The notes: generated by a model from the letters alone, not told the origin. DNA of 64,000 bases from an uncultured Burkholderiales bacterium (GCA_964548555.1 CAZJSY010000002.1:43568-107567), one strand, 5' to 3'; positions 49,306 through 59,279 are shown, counted from the stretch's first letter. Numbers and translations are program-made.

Positions 49306-50003
49306 GCGCCGCATACCTCGCCGAGGGCGAGCTGGAGGTGCTCGGTCGCATGCCGTGGTCGTCGAACGGCACGTTCCTCGGCTGTCTGACCCGCGACGGC
49401 GAGCAGATGGTCGTCGTCTACAAGCCCCGCCGCGGTGAGCGTCCACTGTGGGACTTTCCGCACGGCACGTTGTGCGAGCGAGAGGTCGCGTCGTACGTGC
49501 TGTCGGAGGCGCTCGGTTGGTCCATCGTTCCCGACACGGTGCTGCGCGAGGGTCCGCTGGGCGTCGGCAGTGTGCAGCGATTCGTGGAGCACGATCCGGA
49601 GGAGCACTACTTCACGCTGCTCGACACGCACACCGACGTCTTTCGCAAGTTCGCCGTGTTCGACGTGCTGGCCAACAACGCCGACCGCAAGGCGGGCCAT
49701 TGTCTGCGCGCTGAGGACGACGGTCACGTGTGGGGAATCGATCACGGGCTCACGTTCCATCCGGCGGACAAGCTGCGCACCGTCATCTGGGACTTCGCGG
49801 GTGAGGAACTCGACGACTCCGAGCTGGAGCCCGTCAGACGGCTCGCACGCGACGCGGACGGTGTGCTGCGCGACCAGCTGGAGGTACTGCTGTCACCGGT
49901 CGAGATCGATGCACTCGTGGCGCGCGCCGAGCACCTATTGCGCACGAAGCGTTTGCCCGAACCGGAGCCCGGCTACCACTCCGTCCCCTGGCCGTTGGTG
50001 TAA
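49287..50003 (+). CDS. SCO1664-family PI3/4-kinase-like protein
   Basis: SN.TF, VYKP..GERPLWDF, NNADRK.GH, IDHG. Confidence 0.87.
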   Translation: MSPVELSAAYLAEGELEVLGRMPWSSNGTFLGCLTRDGEQMVVVYKPRRGERPLWDFPHGTLCEREVASYVLSEALGWSIVPDTVLREGPLGVGSVQRFVEHDPEEHYFTLLDTHTDVFRKFAVFDVLANNADRKAGHCLRAEDDGHVWGIDHGLTFHPADKLRTVIWDFAGEELDDSELEPVRRLARDADGVLRDQLEVLLSPVEIDALVARAEHLLRTKRLPEPEPGYHSVPWPLV

Positions 50004-50012
50004 CTCCAGCGG

Positions 50013-51668
50013 TCAGACGGTGGCGAGGGCGCCGTCGGTGTAGCGGGCCTTGCAGAGCGAGCGCTGCAGCTTTCCCGAGGACGTCTTCGGCAATGTTCCC
50101 GGCGGCACCAGCACGATGTCGGCGGCTGGGATCCCGACCGCGTCGCGGACACGTTGCGCAACCGCATCGCGCAGCTGAGCGACGTCGCGTTCGCGTGTCT
50201 CGGCGACCACCACGACGGCCTCGCGCCCCGTCCGGCGTTCCGCGCCGAACGCGATGACGTTGCCGGCGCGCACGCCGTGGACCTGTGCGACCGCGCGCTC
50301 CACGTCCTCGGGCAGCACGTTGCGACCGCCGACGATGATGACGTCCTTCATGCGGCCACACACGACGAGCTCGCCGTCCACGAGATACGCGAGGTCGCCG
50401 GTGCGCAGCCAGCCGTCGTGGAACACGGACTCGGTGGCGTCGGGCCGGCCGTAATATCCGCTCATCACCGAGCTGCCCCGTATCTCGAGCTCGCCGAGCG
50501 AGCGTTGGCCGAGCACCTCACTGCTGGCGCCATCGACGATACGCAGCTCGAGACCCGGAACCGCCCGTCCGAGGCGGGCGAGGCGGCGCGAGTGCGGCCC
50601 CTCGGAGCTGACGACCGCCCGTGCGTCGTCGTCGCGCTCGAGCGCGGCACGGTCGACCGTGTCGGTCACCATCCCGGTCATGGGCTCGGGGAACGTACCG
50701 GCGATCGCGAGCTCCGCCATTCCGAACGCGCAGAAGACGGCGCGCGGGTCGAAGCGTTGCGTCGTCGCCGCGGCGCAGAACGAGTCCACCGTCTCCGGGT
50801 CGACGGGCTCGGCACCGTTCAACGCGATCCGCCATCGCGACAGGTCGAGGCCGTCCAGACGGCTCAGCGCGCGCGTCGCGAGCGCGTAGGAGAAGTTCGG
50901 ACCGGCCGTGACAGTCGCGCGGAAATCGGACATCCACTGCAGCCAACGCGCCGGCGAGGCAAGGAAGTCTTGCGGCGCGGCCAGCACCAGATCGGTGCCC
51001 GTCAGCATGGGGATCGTCAGCAACCCGACGAGTCCCATGTCGTGATAGAGCGGCAGCCACGACAGGACGACGTCGTCCTCTGGATCGAGCGATGCCGCCG
51101 TTGCCGCGGCATCCACGTTCGCGAGCAGACGCGAGTCCGGCAGCATCACACCGCGAGGGTCTGCGGTGGACCCGCTCGTGAACTGGAGGATCGCGAGCGG
51201 GTCGGGATCGGGCTTCGGTGTGTCGTATCGCGCCCTTCCATGCGCCAGCTCGTCGAGCATGAGCGTGGGCGGGTCACCCTCGCGGGGATCGAGGAAGGCG
51301 GCCAGCTCGCGGTCGACGATCAACAGGTCGACGTCGGCGTTGCGCATGCGTGTGCGGGTGGCGACGACGAACTCCTCGACGGAGCCGAGGCGAAGGGGCA
51401 GCGGCAGCACGATGACCGTCGCCCCCGCCAACCAGGTCGCCTGGATCGCCGTCACGAGCGCCCTGGTGGTCGGGCCCAGCAGCGCCACGTGGTCGCCGGG
51501 GCCGATGTCGTGGCTCTGGAGGACGCCTGCCATTCGGCGTGCCTCGTCGTGGAGTCGGGCCCAGCTGACCTGGTCCGCGGTGTAGGCGTCGAGCCCCGAC
51601 GGGGCCACGAACGTGATGCCCCGTCGCGAGACGGCGCTGTCTTCCAAACGTGAGAGAAGGGAAGTCAC
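50013..51668 (-). CDS. Fatty acyl-AMP ligase
   Basis: LQFTSGST..P.GV, WLPLYHDMGL, GAEP, FGMAE, KTSSGK. Confidence 0.85.
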   Translation of the reverse strand: MTSLLSRLEDSAVSRRGITFVAPSGLDAYTADQVSWARLHDEARRMAGVLQSHDIGPGDHVALLGPTTRALVTAIQATWLAGATVIVLPLPLRLGSVEEFVVATRTRMRNADVDLLIVDRELAAFLDPREGDPPTLMLDELAHGRARYDTPKPDPDPLAILQFTSGSTADPRGVMLPDSRLLANVDAAATAASLDPEDDVVLSWLPLYHDMGLVGLLTIPMLTGTDLVLAAPQDFLASPARWLQWMSDFRATVTAGPNFSYALATRALSRLDGLDLSRWRIALNGAEPVDPETVDSFCAAATTQRFDPRAVFCAFGMAELAIAGTFPEPMTGMVTDTVDRAALERDDDARAVVSSEGPHSRRLARLGRAVPGLELRIVDGASSEVLGQRSLGELEIRGSSVMSGYYGRPDATESVFHDGWLRTGDLAYLVDGELVVCGRMKDVIIVGGRNVLPEDVERAVAQVHGVRAGNVIAFGAERRTGREAVVVVAETRERDVAQLRDAVAQRVRDAVGIPAADIVLVPPGTLPKTSSGKLQRSLCKARYTDGALATV

Positions 51669-51699
51669 AGGGGATTCGACCCGCCCACCCGGTGCGGCG

Positions 51700-53190
51700 T
51701 TACGTGGCGAGGGCCGATGCGGGGTCGTGGAAGAACCGGGATCTGGCGAGCACGTCGTCGGCGCCGGCGGCCAGAGCTTCCTCGGCCGCGGTCTCGTCGA
51801 CGTGCGGCGCGAAGCCGACGAGCCGAGCCCCGGGAGCAGCTGCACGGATCGCCGCGACGTCACGGACGTGCCGGGCGAGGTCCACCACGACGACGTCGGA
51901 GCCCGCGCACTCGGCGGCCGTTCGCACGAACTCGACCGCCGGGAGCGCCGCTTGCAATCGCGAGCGATCCATCAGGTCGTCGACGAACGCGGTCGTTCGC
52001 ACGGGAGCCGAGCGTAGGCGCCAGAGCAAGCCGGCTCCCACGACGCCGGCAGCCAGCGACGCAACGATCAACGCGAGCTTCGTGACGGCCAGACGCTGGG
52101 GCGTCGTGAATGCGAGGTCCGCGACCACGAGCGGGACGGTGAAGCCCAGACCGGTGAGAACACCGACGACCACGACATGGCTGCGTTGCATCCCTCGTGG
52201 GAGTGGAGCGAGACCGCACGCGACCGCAACGGCCAACACCACCACGACACCGACGGGCTTGCCCACCAAGCGCGCCGTGATGACGCCCCAGCCGATCGGG
52301 GAGCCGAACGTGCGCGCGAACGAGTGGCCGCTCACGTCGACGCCGAGGTTCGCGAGGGCGAACAGTGGCACGACGACGAAGCTGCTCAACGGGTGCAGCG
52401 CCGTCTCGAGGCGTTCCAGCAGCGCACGTCCGCGTACGGGCTCCGCGGGAACGAGCAAGCCGAGCGCGACCGCGCACACCGTCGTGGAGACGCCGGCGTG
52501 GAGCATGCACCACCATGCGGCGACCGCCGGCACGACGAAGACGGCGGGATGCGACGCCTCGACCCGGTTGAGGGCCACCACGGTTCCGAGCGAGACGAGC
52601 GCGCCCGCGATCCAAGCGGGATGGAGCGTGGCGGAGTACGCGAGCGCGAGCACGATGATCGTCGCGATGTCGTCGGCGATCGCCAGTGCGAGCAGGAACA
52701 ACTTCACCGCGGACGAAGCGTGGCCGCCCGCGAGCGCGAGCACACCGAGCACGAGCGCGATGTCGGTCGCCATCGGGACGGCCCAGCCGCGCGCAGCCAC
52801 GCCGCCCGCGACGGCGAGATATGCGAGCGCCGCGCCCGCCATGCCGCCCAGTGCCGCGACGACCGGCAATGCGGCGGCCCGGCGATCGCGCAGCTCGCCC
52901 TGTACGAGCTCGCGTTTGACCTCGAGCCCGACGACGAAGAAGAACAGGGCCATCAACCCGTCGTTGACCCAGTGGCGCAGGTCTTCCGCGCGGCCGAGGC
53001 CGCCGCTCCCGATGGCGAGGCGGTGCCCCCACAGGTCGCCGTAGCTGGACGACCACGGGCAATTGGCCCACACGAGGGCGGCGACCGCCGCGGCAAGCAG
53101 CGCGACACCACCGGCCGCTTCGGTGCGGAGGAACTCGACGATGGGGCTGAGAAGTCGCGATCGGTGCACGGCCGCCTTCCGACGTGACAC
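51700..53190 (-). CDS. nhaA: NhaA Na+/H+ antiporter with C-terminal receiver-like extension
   Basis: WVNDGLM..FF..VGLE.KRE, ATDIA, LAIADD, FALAN, GK..G, GFT. Confidence 0.85.
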   Translation of the reverse strand: MSRRKAAVHRSRLLSPIVEFLRTEAAGGVALLAAAVAALVWANCPWSSSYGDLWGHRLAIGSGGLGRAEDLRHWVNDGLMALFFFVVGLEVKRELVQGELRDRRAAALPVVAALGGMAGAALAYLAVAGGVAARGWAVPMATDIALVLGVLALAGGHASSAVKLFLLALAIADDIATIIVLALAYSATLHPAWIAGALVSLGTVVALNRVEASHPAVFVVPAVAAWWCMLHAGVSTTVCAVALGLLVPAEPVRGRALLERLETALHPLSSFVVVPLFALANLGVDVSGHSFARTFGSPIGWGVITARLVGKPVGVVVVLAVAVACGLAPLPRGMQRSHVVVVGVLTGLGFTVPLVVADLAFTTPQRLAVTKLALIVASLAAGVVGAGLLWRLRSAPVRTTAFVDDLMDRSRLQAALPAVEFVRTAAECAGSDVVVVDLARHVRDVAAIRAAAPGARLVGFAPHVDETAAEEALAAGADDVLARSRFFHDPASALAT

Positions 53191-53272
53191 GTGTGCCGAC
53201 CAGACTTCCCGGCTCTCCCTTATCGCAATGTAGTCGCCGCCTCGACCTCGACCGCGGGGACGGCGTCAGGTC

Positions 53273-54391
53273 TCAGGCCTCGACGAGCCCTGGTTCCCTC
53301 ACCGCGAACTCGGGCCAGCGTTGCCGGGACTTCTTCGCGAGCTTGTGCATCAGCGCGATCGCGTCGGGGTCCTCGTCGCCGGGCTTCACCTCGATCCAGC
53401 CGTCACGAAGCATGTTCTCCATGAGCTCGCGACCGATGTCGGTACGGACGATGGTCAGCGTCCAGTCGTTGAACTTGCCGATGCCGCCCGTCGAGATGTC
53501 GGCGTGTTCGGCAGCGAAGTCGGGGCAGAGCTTGCAGCCCTCGCGCGTCCACTGGTGGCACTCCTTCAGCGGCACCTCGTGGTAATCGCCGTTGTGCATC
53601 CAGATCTGCAGGCGGCCCTTGATGTTCATCTTCTTGATGTCCGCCCGCTTGAGGCCGTACTTCGCGTCGAGCAGCTCGTCGAAGATCGCGTCGTCGAACG
53701 TCTTGGAGCACAGCAACCCGATGTTGAGGGACAGGCGTCGCGCGACCTTGCCGGCCTTGCGCTGCTTCATGACCGGAGGAACCGACGACTGGCAGCTCAT
53801 CCCGACGAGCGCGATGCGTTCGGCCCCCTGCTCGACGGCGTCCGCGTACGCGAGCGTGTTGGCCGAGTAGGTGTAGCGGCTTCCCGCCGATGCAATGATC
53901 TCTTCCTTGGTGCGCGCCACACCGGGGATCGCCTTCCAGGTGGAGCCGTCACCTTCGAGATAGCTCACGAGCGCGGCGTCGATCACGTCGTGCTGGAGCG
54001 CATACAGCAGGATCGCCGAGACGAGCCCCCCGTCCTGACCGACCTCGTGGAGCAGCGGGTCGGCCGCCTTGGCGAGGCAGATGTCCTTGAAGATGCCCGA
54101 CAGTTCGTCGGCGCGGCGTGTCCGTCCGAACATGAACTGGTCGATCTCGGGCTCCCATGCCCGGAACCGGGGGCAGGCGCGGGTGCAGGACGTGCAGCCG
54201 CGCTCACCGTGGCTGCAGTCACCGGGGCCGCCGAAGTCCTCGAGTTGGAAGGGCTTGTAGACGCCGTCCGTGTCCTTGTAGCCGAGCACGTCGTGGGGAC
54301 ACGCGATGACGCAGCCCGCGCACCCCGTACACAGGCCGCTCGTGACGACCTCGTCGTACAGGTGCTTCCAGTGAAGTTTCTCGGGCGGCAT
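53273..54391 (-). CDS. Coenzyme F420 hydrogenase/dehydrogenase beta-subunit (FrhB/FdhB) family protein
   Basis: CTGCAGC...CP, C..CTRACP, QDGG.VS, GSRY, VG..CQ, GLLC, C..CPDF....ADIS.G. Confidence 0.87.
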   Translation of the reverse strand: MPPEKLHWKHLYDEVVTSGLCTGCAGCVIACPHDVLGYKDTDGVYKPFQLEDFGGPGDCSHGERGCTSCTRACPRFRAWEPEIDQFMFGRTRRADELSGIFKDICLAKAADPLLHEVGQDGGLVSAILLYALQHDVIDAALVSYLEGDGSTWKAIPGVARTKEEIIASAGSRYTYSANTLAYADAVEQGAERIALVGMSCQSSVPPVMKQRKAGKVARRLSLNIGLLCSKTFDDAIFDELLDAKYGLKRADIKKMNIKGRLQIWMHNGDYHEVPLKECHQWTREGCKLCPDFAAEHADISTGGIGKFNDWTLTIVRTDIGRELMENMLRDGWIEVKPGDEDPDAIALMHKLAKKSRQRWPEFAVREPGLVEA

Positions 54392-54550
54392 GGCATCTCC
54401 CCGGGACGAGAGTCCTGCAGTCTGGCACGGCCGTACGGCAGGCGGCGAAGGGTGCGGACACCGCACGCGTCGCCGCGGGAAGCTGCGCGGAGGGTGAACC
54501 GGCGGGGTGCGCGGAGCCGTGGGCCCTTCGCGCTGTGCTTACATTCGGGC

Positions 54551-54901
54551 GTGAGCTCGCAGGGTTGGGGCCCCCCGCCGTCTCCAGGCGGTCCGGTGTA
54601 CGGGCCACCACCCATGTACCCGCCGCCGTACGGATACGCCTCCCCACCGACCGACGGCATGGCGATCGGCGCGCTCGTGAGCGCCATCCTGTCGTTCGTC
54701 GTCTGTCCCGTGGTGCCCGCGGTTGTCGCGCTCGTGCTCGCGCAACATGCCCGCAACCACATCGACGACTCCATGGGGCGCCTCGGCGGGACGGGTCTCG
54801 TCACCGGGGCGCGGATCATCGCGTGGATCCACCTCGGTCTCGTGATGGCGGTGCTCCTGGGCCTCACCGTCGCCGGGTTCGTGGTCGCCGCCCGGGGCTG
54901 A
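54551..54901 (+). CDS. DUF4190-domain membrane protein
   Basis: Pro-rich N-terminus, TDGMAI.ALV..I, G.G....AR. Confidence 0.8.
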   Translation: MSSQGWGPPPSPGGPVYGPPPMYPPPYGYASPPTDGMAIGALVSAILSFVVCPVVPAVVALVLAQHARNHIDDSMGRLGGTGLVTGARIIAWIHLGLVMAVLLGLTVAGFVVAARG

Positions 54902-54968
54902 CCCGATATCGGGATCCGCTGAAGGCGGGGCGGCAACTACGCTTCGTGGCGCTCGAGAGGGGCCTCCG

Positions 54969-55832
54969 TTGGCGAAGATCAGCGACATCCTGCGCAGGGG
55001 TACGAGCTACTCCTTCGAATTCTTCCCGCCCCGCACGCCCGAGGCGGAGGCCACCCTCGAACGCGCACTGCGCGATCTCGAGCCGCTCCACCCGTCGTAC
55101 GTGTCCGTGACCTACGGCGCAGGCGGCTCCACGCGTGAGCGGACCCACGGGCTCGTCGTGCAGATCCTTCGGGAGACGTCGATCACCCCGATGGCCCACC
55201 TCACGTGTGTCGGCCACACCCGCGAGGAGCTCCACGAGATCGTGGTCCGCTATCGCGATGCGGGGATCGAGAACGTGCTCGCGCTCGGAGGCGATCCGCC
55301 CAAGGACAGCGACCTTCCGCCGGGCGAGCTCCACTATGCGGTCGAGCTCGTTCGCCTGGTACGCCAGGTCGGCGACTTCTCGGTCGGTGTCGCCGCTCAT
55401 CCGGAGCCGCATCCGCGTTCACCGAGCAAGGAAGAGGACCGGCTCCACACGGCCGAGAAGCTCGCCGAGGCCGACTTCGCGATCACGCAGTTCTTCTTCG
55501 AAGCGGAGCACTACTTCGATCTCGTCGAAGGGTTGCGCAGGCACGGTGTCGACAAGCCGGTGATCGCGGGCATCATGCCGGTGACCAGTCTGTCGGGGAT
55601 CAAGCGGATGGCGGAGCTGCAGGGATCGGAGTTCCCCGCCTGGCTCGCGGACCGTCTCTACGCCGTCGGCGACGACCCCGAGGCGGTGCGGGCGGCGGGC
55701 GTCGAAGAAGCGACGAAGCTCTGTCGCGCACTGCTCGAGGGCGGCGCGCCGGGCTTGCACTTCTACACGCTCAACCGGTCCACCGCGACCCTGGAGATCT
55801 ACGCCAGCCTCGGACTGACGTCCGCACGCTGA
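54969..55832 (+). CDS. metF: 5,10-methylenetetrahydrofolate reductase
   Basis: SFEFFPP, SVTYGAGG, AHLTC, GDPP, ITQFFF, HFYTLN. Confidence 0.95.
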   Translation: MAKISDILRRGTSYSFEFFPPRTPEAEATLERALRDLEPLHPSYVSVTYGAGGSTRERTHGLVVQILRETSITPMAHLTCVGHTREELHEIVVRYRDAGIENVLALGGDPPKDSDLPPGELHYAVELVRLVRQVGDFSVGVAAHPEPHPRSPSKEEDRLHTAEKLAEADFAITQFFFEAEHYFDLVEGLRRHGVDKPVIAGIMPVTSLSGIKRMAELQGSEFPAWLADRLYAVGDDPEAVRAAGVEEATKLCRALLEGGAPGLHFYTLNRSTATLEIYASLGLTSAR

Positions 55833-55840
55833 GATCCGCC

Positions 55841-58636
55841 GTGCCGCCCGTGCTCTGCCCCGTCGTGATCGGACGGGATGCCGAGCTCGCGGCGATCCGG
55901 GACGCGCTCGCTGCTGCCGCGCGGGGCGACGGTCGGACGGTCGTGCTGATGGGCGAACCGGGCGTGGGGAAGTCGCGCATGACGCGTGAGCTGTCGGCGG
56001 CGGCAGCGCGGTACGGGATGCGCATCGTGTCCGGTCGGGCGGTGCCCTCGTCGACCGCCACGCCGTACCGCCCGTTGTCGGAGGCCGTCGTGCAGCTCTG
56101 CCGCGACGCCGGTGACGAGGCTCGGACGGAGCTGTCCGCGTGGCTTCCCGTATCGGCCGGGTCGTCCGGAACCGGGACGATCAACAACGACGCGGGCGCG
56201 TCACCGATCCTGCGCGCTGAGTCGCTGTTGACGCTCGTGCACCGTCACGCGCCCGACGGCGTCGCGGTCGTGCTCGAGGACCTGCACTGGGCCGACCCCG
56301 ACACGGTTGCCGTCGTCGAATACCTCGCCGACAACCTCGACGGCCGCCGCGTGGTCTGCGTGTGGACGCTGCGGACGACGCCGCGCTCGCCCGCGCTCGA
56401 CGCGACGCGACGTCTGCGAGGACGGCCGGCCGTCGTGCATCTCGCGCTCGATCGGCTGTCGGACGACGACGTGGAGGAGATGGTTCGGGCCTGCTCTGTC
56501 GACGGCCATGCCGATGCCGAGTTGATCGCGAAGGTCCGCGGCACGGCCGAAGGCATCCCTCTGCTCGTCGAGGAGGTGCTCGCGTCACCCGGCGTGCCCT
56601 CGTCGTTTGCGGACACGGTTCGCGAGCGGTTGCATGCGCTCGACGGCCATTCGCGTTCGGTCGTGGAGGCCGCGGCCGTGCTCGGGCGGCATTTCGACTG
56701 GGAGCTGCTGCCCGCGGTCACCGCACAACCTCCGGAGATCGTCTCCGAGGCCTTGACGCGTGCGGTCGACTCCCTCCTGATGAGCGCGGACGAAGCGGGC
56801 TTTCGCTTCCGGCACGCGCTCACCCGTGATGCCGTCCTCGACACCATGCTGCCTCCCCGCCATCGGGCGGTGGCAGCCGCGGCGCTCGACGCCGTCGTTG
56901 CCGAGCACCCGCATCTGACGGGCGGACCGCGCGAGACGGTCATCGACCTCGCGGCGCGGTGCGGTGACCGACAGCTCGCCGGGTCTCTCTTGCGCGACGC
57001 CGGCCGCGACGCGCTGGAAGTCGGCGCGCTCGCCACCGCGGCCGCCGCGTTGCGGCGTGCGATCGACCTGATGATCGGCGAACCGGGCCAGACAGAGGTG
57101 GAGCTCCTGCTGGTCGAGGCGTTGGCGCTGGCCGGACGGGTCGACGAAGCCGTGGCCCAAGCAGGCCGGCTCATCACGCGGCTCGGCAACGACGCATCGG
57201 ACGACACGATCCGCATCGAGGCCCACCTGCGACTCGCGCAGGCGGCCGTGGCCGCGTCGCGATGGCAGTTGGCCCGCTACCAGCTCGACGAGGCCCGCAG
57301 GCTCATCGACGGCAACGGGTCACCCGCGGTGCGGGCACGTCTGAACGTGCTCGACGCGGATGTCGCGTTCGGCGCCGACGACGTCGATCGCGCGCGGTCG
57401 CTCGCCGAGACGGTGCTCGCGCTCGAACGTGTCCCACCGGACGTGTGCTGCCACGCGCTCGAGATCATCGGTCGCTCGCACCGCTTCGACGATCTGCCCG
57501 CGGCCCGGGCGACGTTCGAACGCGCGTTGGTGACGGCGGAGACTGCACACCTCCCGTTGTGGCGGATGCGCGCGCTGCACGAGCTCGGCACGATCGACCT
57601 GCTGCACCACGCCGGCGTCGATCGTCTGCTGGAAGCGCGCCGCGCCGCCCAGGACATGGGTGCGATGAGCAGCGTGGCCATTGTCGACCTGCAGCTCTCC
57701 GCCAGCTTCACGTGCCGGTGGGAGCTCAACGCTTGCGACACGCATGCTCGTTCGGCCATCGAGCTCGCGGATCGGTTCGGGCTCGTCCAAGTCCGCGCCA
57801 AGGCGTCGGCGATGCTGGCGGGCAGCGCCAGCATGCGCGCCGACCTCGACGGAACCGAGCACTGGATGGCGCTCGCGGCGGCCGCCGCGCCGGAGGACCG
57901 CATGCTCGAGGGGTTCGGGTGGGTCAGCCGCGGCCTCGCGATCCTCGTGGCCGGGGACGCGCAACGCGCGCTCGAGCCGTATCTGCGCGGCGCAGCGATC
58001 CTGTCCAAGCTGCCGCACGCCGAACCCGCGGCGCCCCGAGCCATCTTCCCCGTCTTGCTCGCCGCGGTCGGCGATCGGCGCGCGGCGCGCGCAATCGACG
58101 AAGCCCGAAGGCTCGGCGTGGCCGCATTTCGTCTCAACGATGCGTTGATCGCGCACGCAGAGGCGATGCTCGCAGGCCGAGCCGGGAACGCCAGACGGGC
58201 CGACGAGCTGCTCAACAGCACCGCGCCCGACATCGTCAACGGTGAGGGTTGGGCCGACCTCGCTCGCTTTCTAGCCGCCCCGTCGGCCGCCGCGGGTGGA
58301 TGGGGTGATCCGACGCGCTGGTTGCTCGACGCGCGCCGCGGGTTCGAGAGCCGTGGGCTCGATGAGCTCGCGGACCGGTGCGCGCAGCTGCTCGGTGACG
58401 CACGTTCCAACCCCTGGGCCGGCGCCGGCATCACGGCTCGCGAAGCCGACGTCTTGCAGCGCGTGATCGAGGGGCTGTCGAACAAAGAGATCGCCGCGCG
58501 GCTCGGGCTGTCGCCGCGGACCGTCGAGAAACATGTCGAGAGCCTGTTGCGCAAGACGGACGCGCGGTCGCGTACGGAGCTCGCCTCCATGATGGGCGCC
58601 CGGGCCCGTTCGGCACACCCGAGCGCGAACACGTAG
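55841..58636 (+). CDS. LAL-type regulator (AAA ATPase + TPR + LuxR HTH)
   Basis: GEPGVGKSR, LEDLHWAD, FRHAL, T.RE..V...GLSNKEIA.RL.LS.RTVE.H. Confidence 0.88.
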   Translation: MPPVLCPVVIGRDAELAAIRDALAAAARGDGRTVVLMGEPGVGKSRMTRELSAAAARYGMRIVSGRAVPSSTATPYRPLSEAVVQLCRDAGDEARTELSAWLPVSAGSSGTGTINNDAGASPILRAESLLTLVHRHAPDGVAVVLEDLHWADPDTVAVVEYLADNLDGRRVVCVWTLRTTPRSPALDATRRLRGRPAVVHLALDRLSDDDVEEMVRACSVDGHADAELIAKVRGTAEGIPLLVEEVLASPGVPSSFADTVRERLHALDGHSRSVVEAAAVLGRHFDWELLPAVTAQPPEIVSEALTRAVDSLLMSADEAGFRFRHALTRDAVLDTMLPPRHRAVAAAALDAVVAEHPHLTGGPRETVIDLAARCGDRQLAGSLLRDAGRDALEVGALATAAAALRRAIDLMIGEPGQTEVELLLVEALALAGRVDEAVAQAGRLITRLGNDASDDTIRIEAHLRLAQAAVAASRWQLARYQLDEARRLIDGNGSPAVRARLNVLDADVAFGADDVDRARSLAETVLALERVPPDVCCHALEIIGRSHRFDDLPAARATFERALVTAETAHLPLWRMRALHELGTIDLLHHAGVDRLLEARRAAQDMGAMSSVAIVDLQLSASFTCRWELNACDTHARSAIELADRFGLVQVRAKASAMLAGSASMRADLDGTEHWMALAAAAAPEDRMLEGFGWVSRGLAILVAGDAQRALEPYLRGAAILSKLPHAEPAAPRAIFPVLLAAVGDRRAARAIDEARRLGVAAFRLNDALIAHAEAMLAGRAGNARRADELLNSTAPDIVNGEGWADLARFLAAPSAAAGGWGDPTRWLLDARRGFESRGLDELADRCAQLLGDARSNPWAGAGITAREADVLQRVIEGLSNKEIAARLGLSPRTVEKHVESLLRKTDARSRTELASMMGARARSAHPSANT

Positions 58637-58728
58637 AGCCACGACGCCGGTTACGTGATCTCCCCGATGTGCGCGCGGGTGCGGGCGGGCGACGCTGAGG
58701 CGGTCCGCTATCGAGGAGGAAGGCACCG

Positions 58729-59250
58729 ATGACCATACAGACCGCCGACGCCACAGCGTCGAAGAACATCGAGGCGCCGGACGACCGCCGCACCACGGAT
58801 CACGGCGTCCTCGACGTGGTGAACCTGCCGGGCGTCACCATCATCCGTGGTCTCCTGGAGCCCGGATGGAAATGGTCGACCGACGTGAAGCCGGACGTGG
58901 GGACCGAGTCGTGTCAGGTGGCACACCGGGGCATCGTCGTGTCGGGTCGCTTCCACGTGCGCATGGATGACGGACGGGAGCTCGATCTCGGCCCGGGCGA
59001 CGCTCATGTGGTAGCGCCCGGCCACGACGCGTGGGTCGTCGGCGACGAGCCGTGCGTGCTGCTCGACTTCGCCGCGACCGGCGCCGCCGCGAGCGGCCAC
59101 GTTGCGCGGTGCCCATGCGGTGTCGAGTTCCGGGTCGCGACCACGGACCAGCTCGATCACCTGGTGAGCGCGGTGCGCGAGCACGCGGCCGGATCGCACG
59201 GCCACGAGCTCACGGCCGACGAGGTGCTCGCGGAGGTGCAGGAGTCGTGA
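58729..59250 (+). CDS. Cupin protein with C-terminal DUF1059-like Cys/His domain
   Basis: PGW.WS, CQ..H.G, PGHDAWVVG; CPCG...H...HGH. Confidence 0.78.
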   Translation: MTIQTADATASKNIEAPDDRRTTDHGVLDVVNLPGVTIIRGLLEPGWKWSTDVKPDVGTESCQVAHRGIVVSGRFHVRMDDGRELDLGPGDAHVVAPGHDAWVVGDEPCVLLDFAATGAAASGHVARCPCGVEFRVATTDQLDHLVSAVREHAAGSHGHELTADEVLAEVQES

Positions 59251-59279
59251 CCGCGTCGGGCCCCGATGGGCCCAAGCGC

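Noticed and set aside
50013-51668. Lipopeptide or PKS cluster around the FAAL
   Set aside because: No ACP, PKS or NRPS genes adjacent
54902-54968. SAH/SAM riboswitch before metF
   Set aside because: Only CAAC..GGCGCTC resembles it; the GAGGAGCG and AGGCTC core is absent and space is short
55205-55840. N-terminal extension of the LAL ORF (also clpP from 35493, bioA from 2890, cobA from 25886)
   Set aside because: Overlaps real neighbouring genes; downstream starts fit the family motifs
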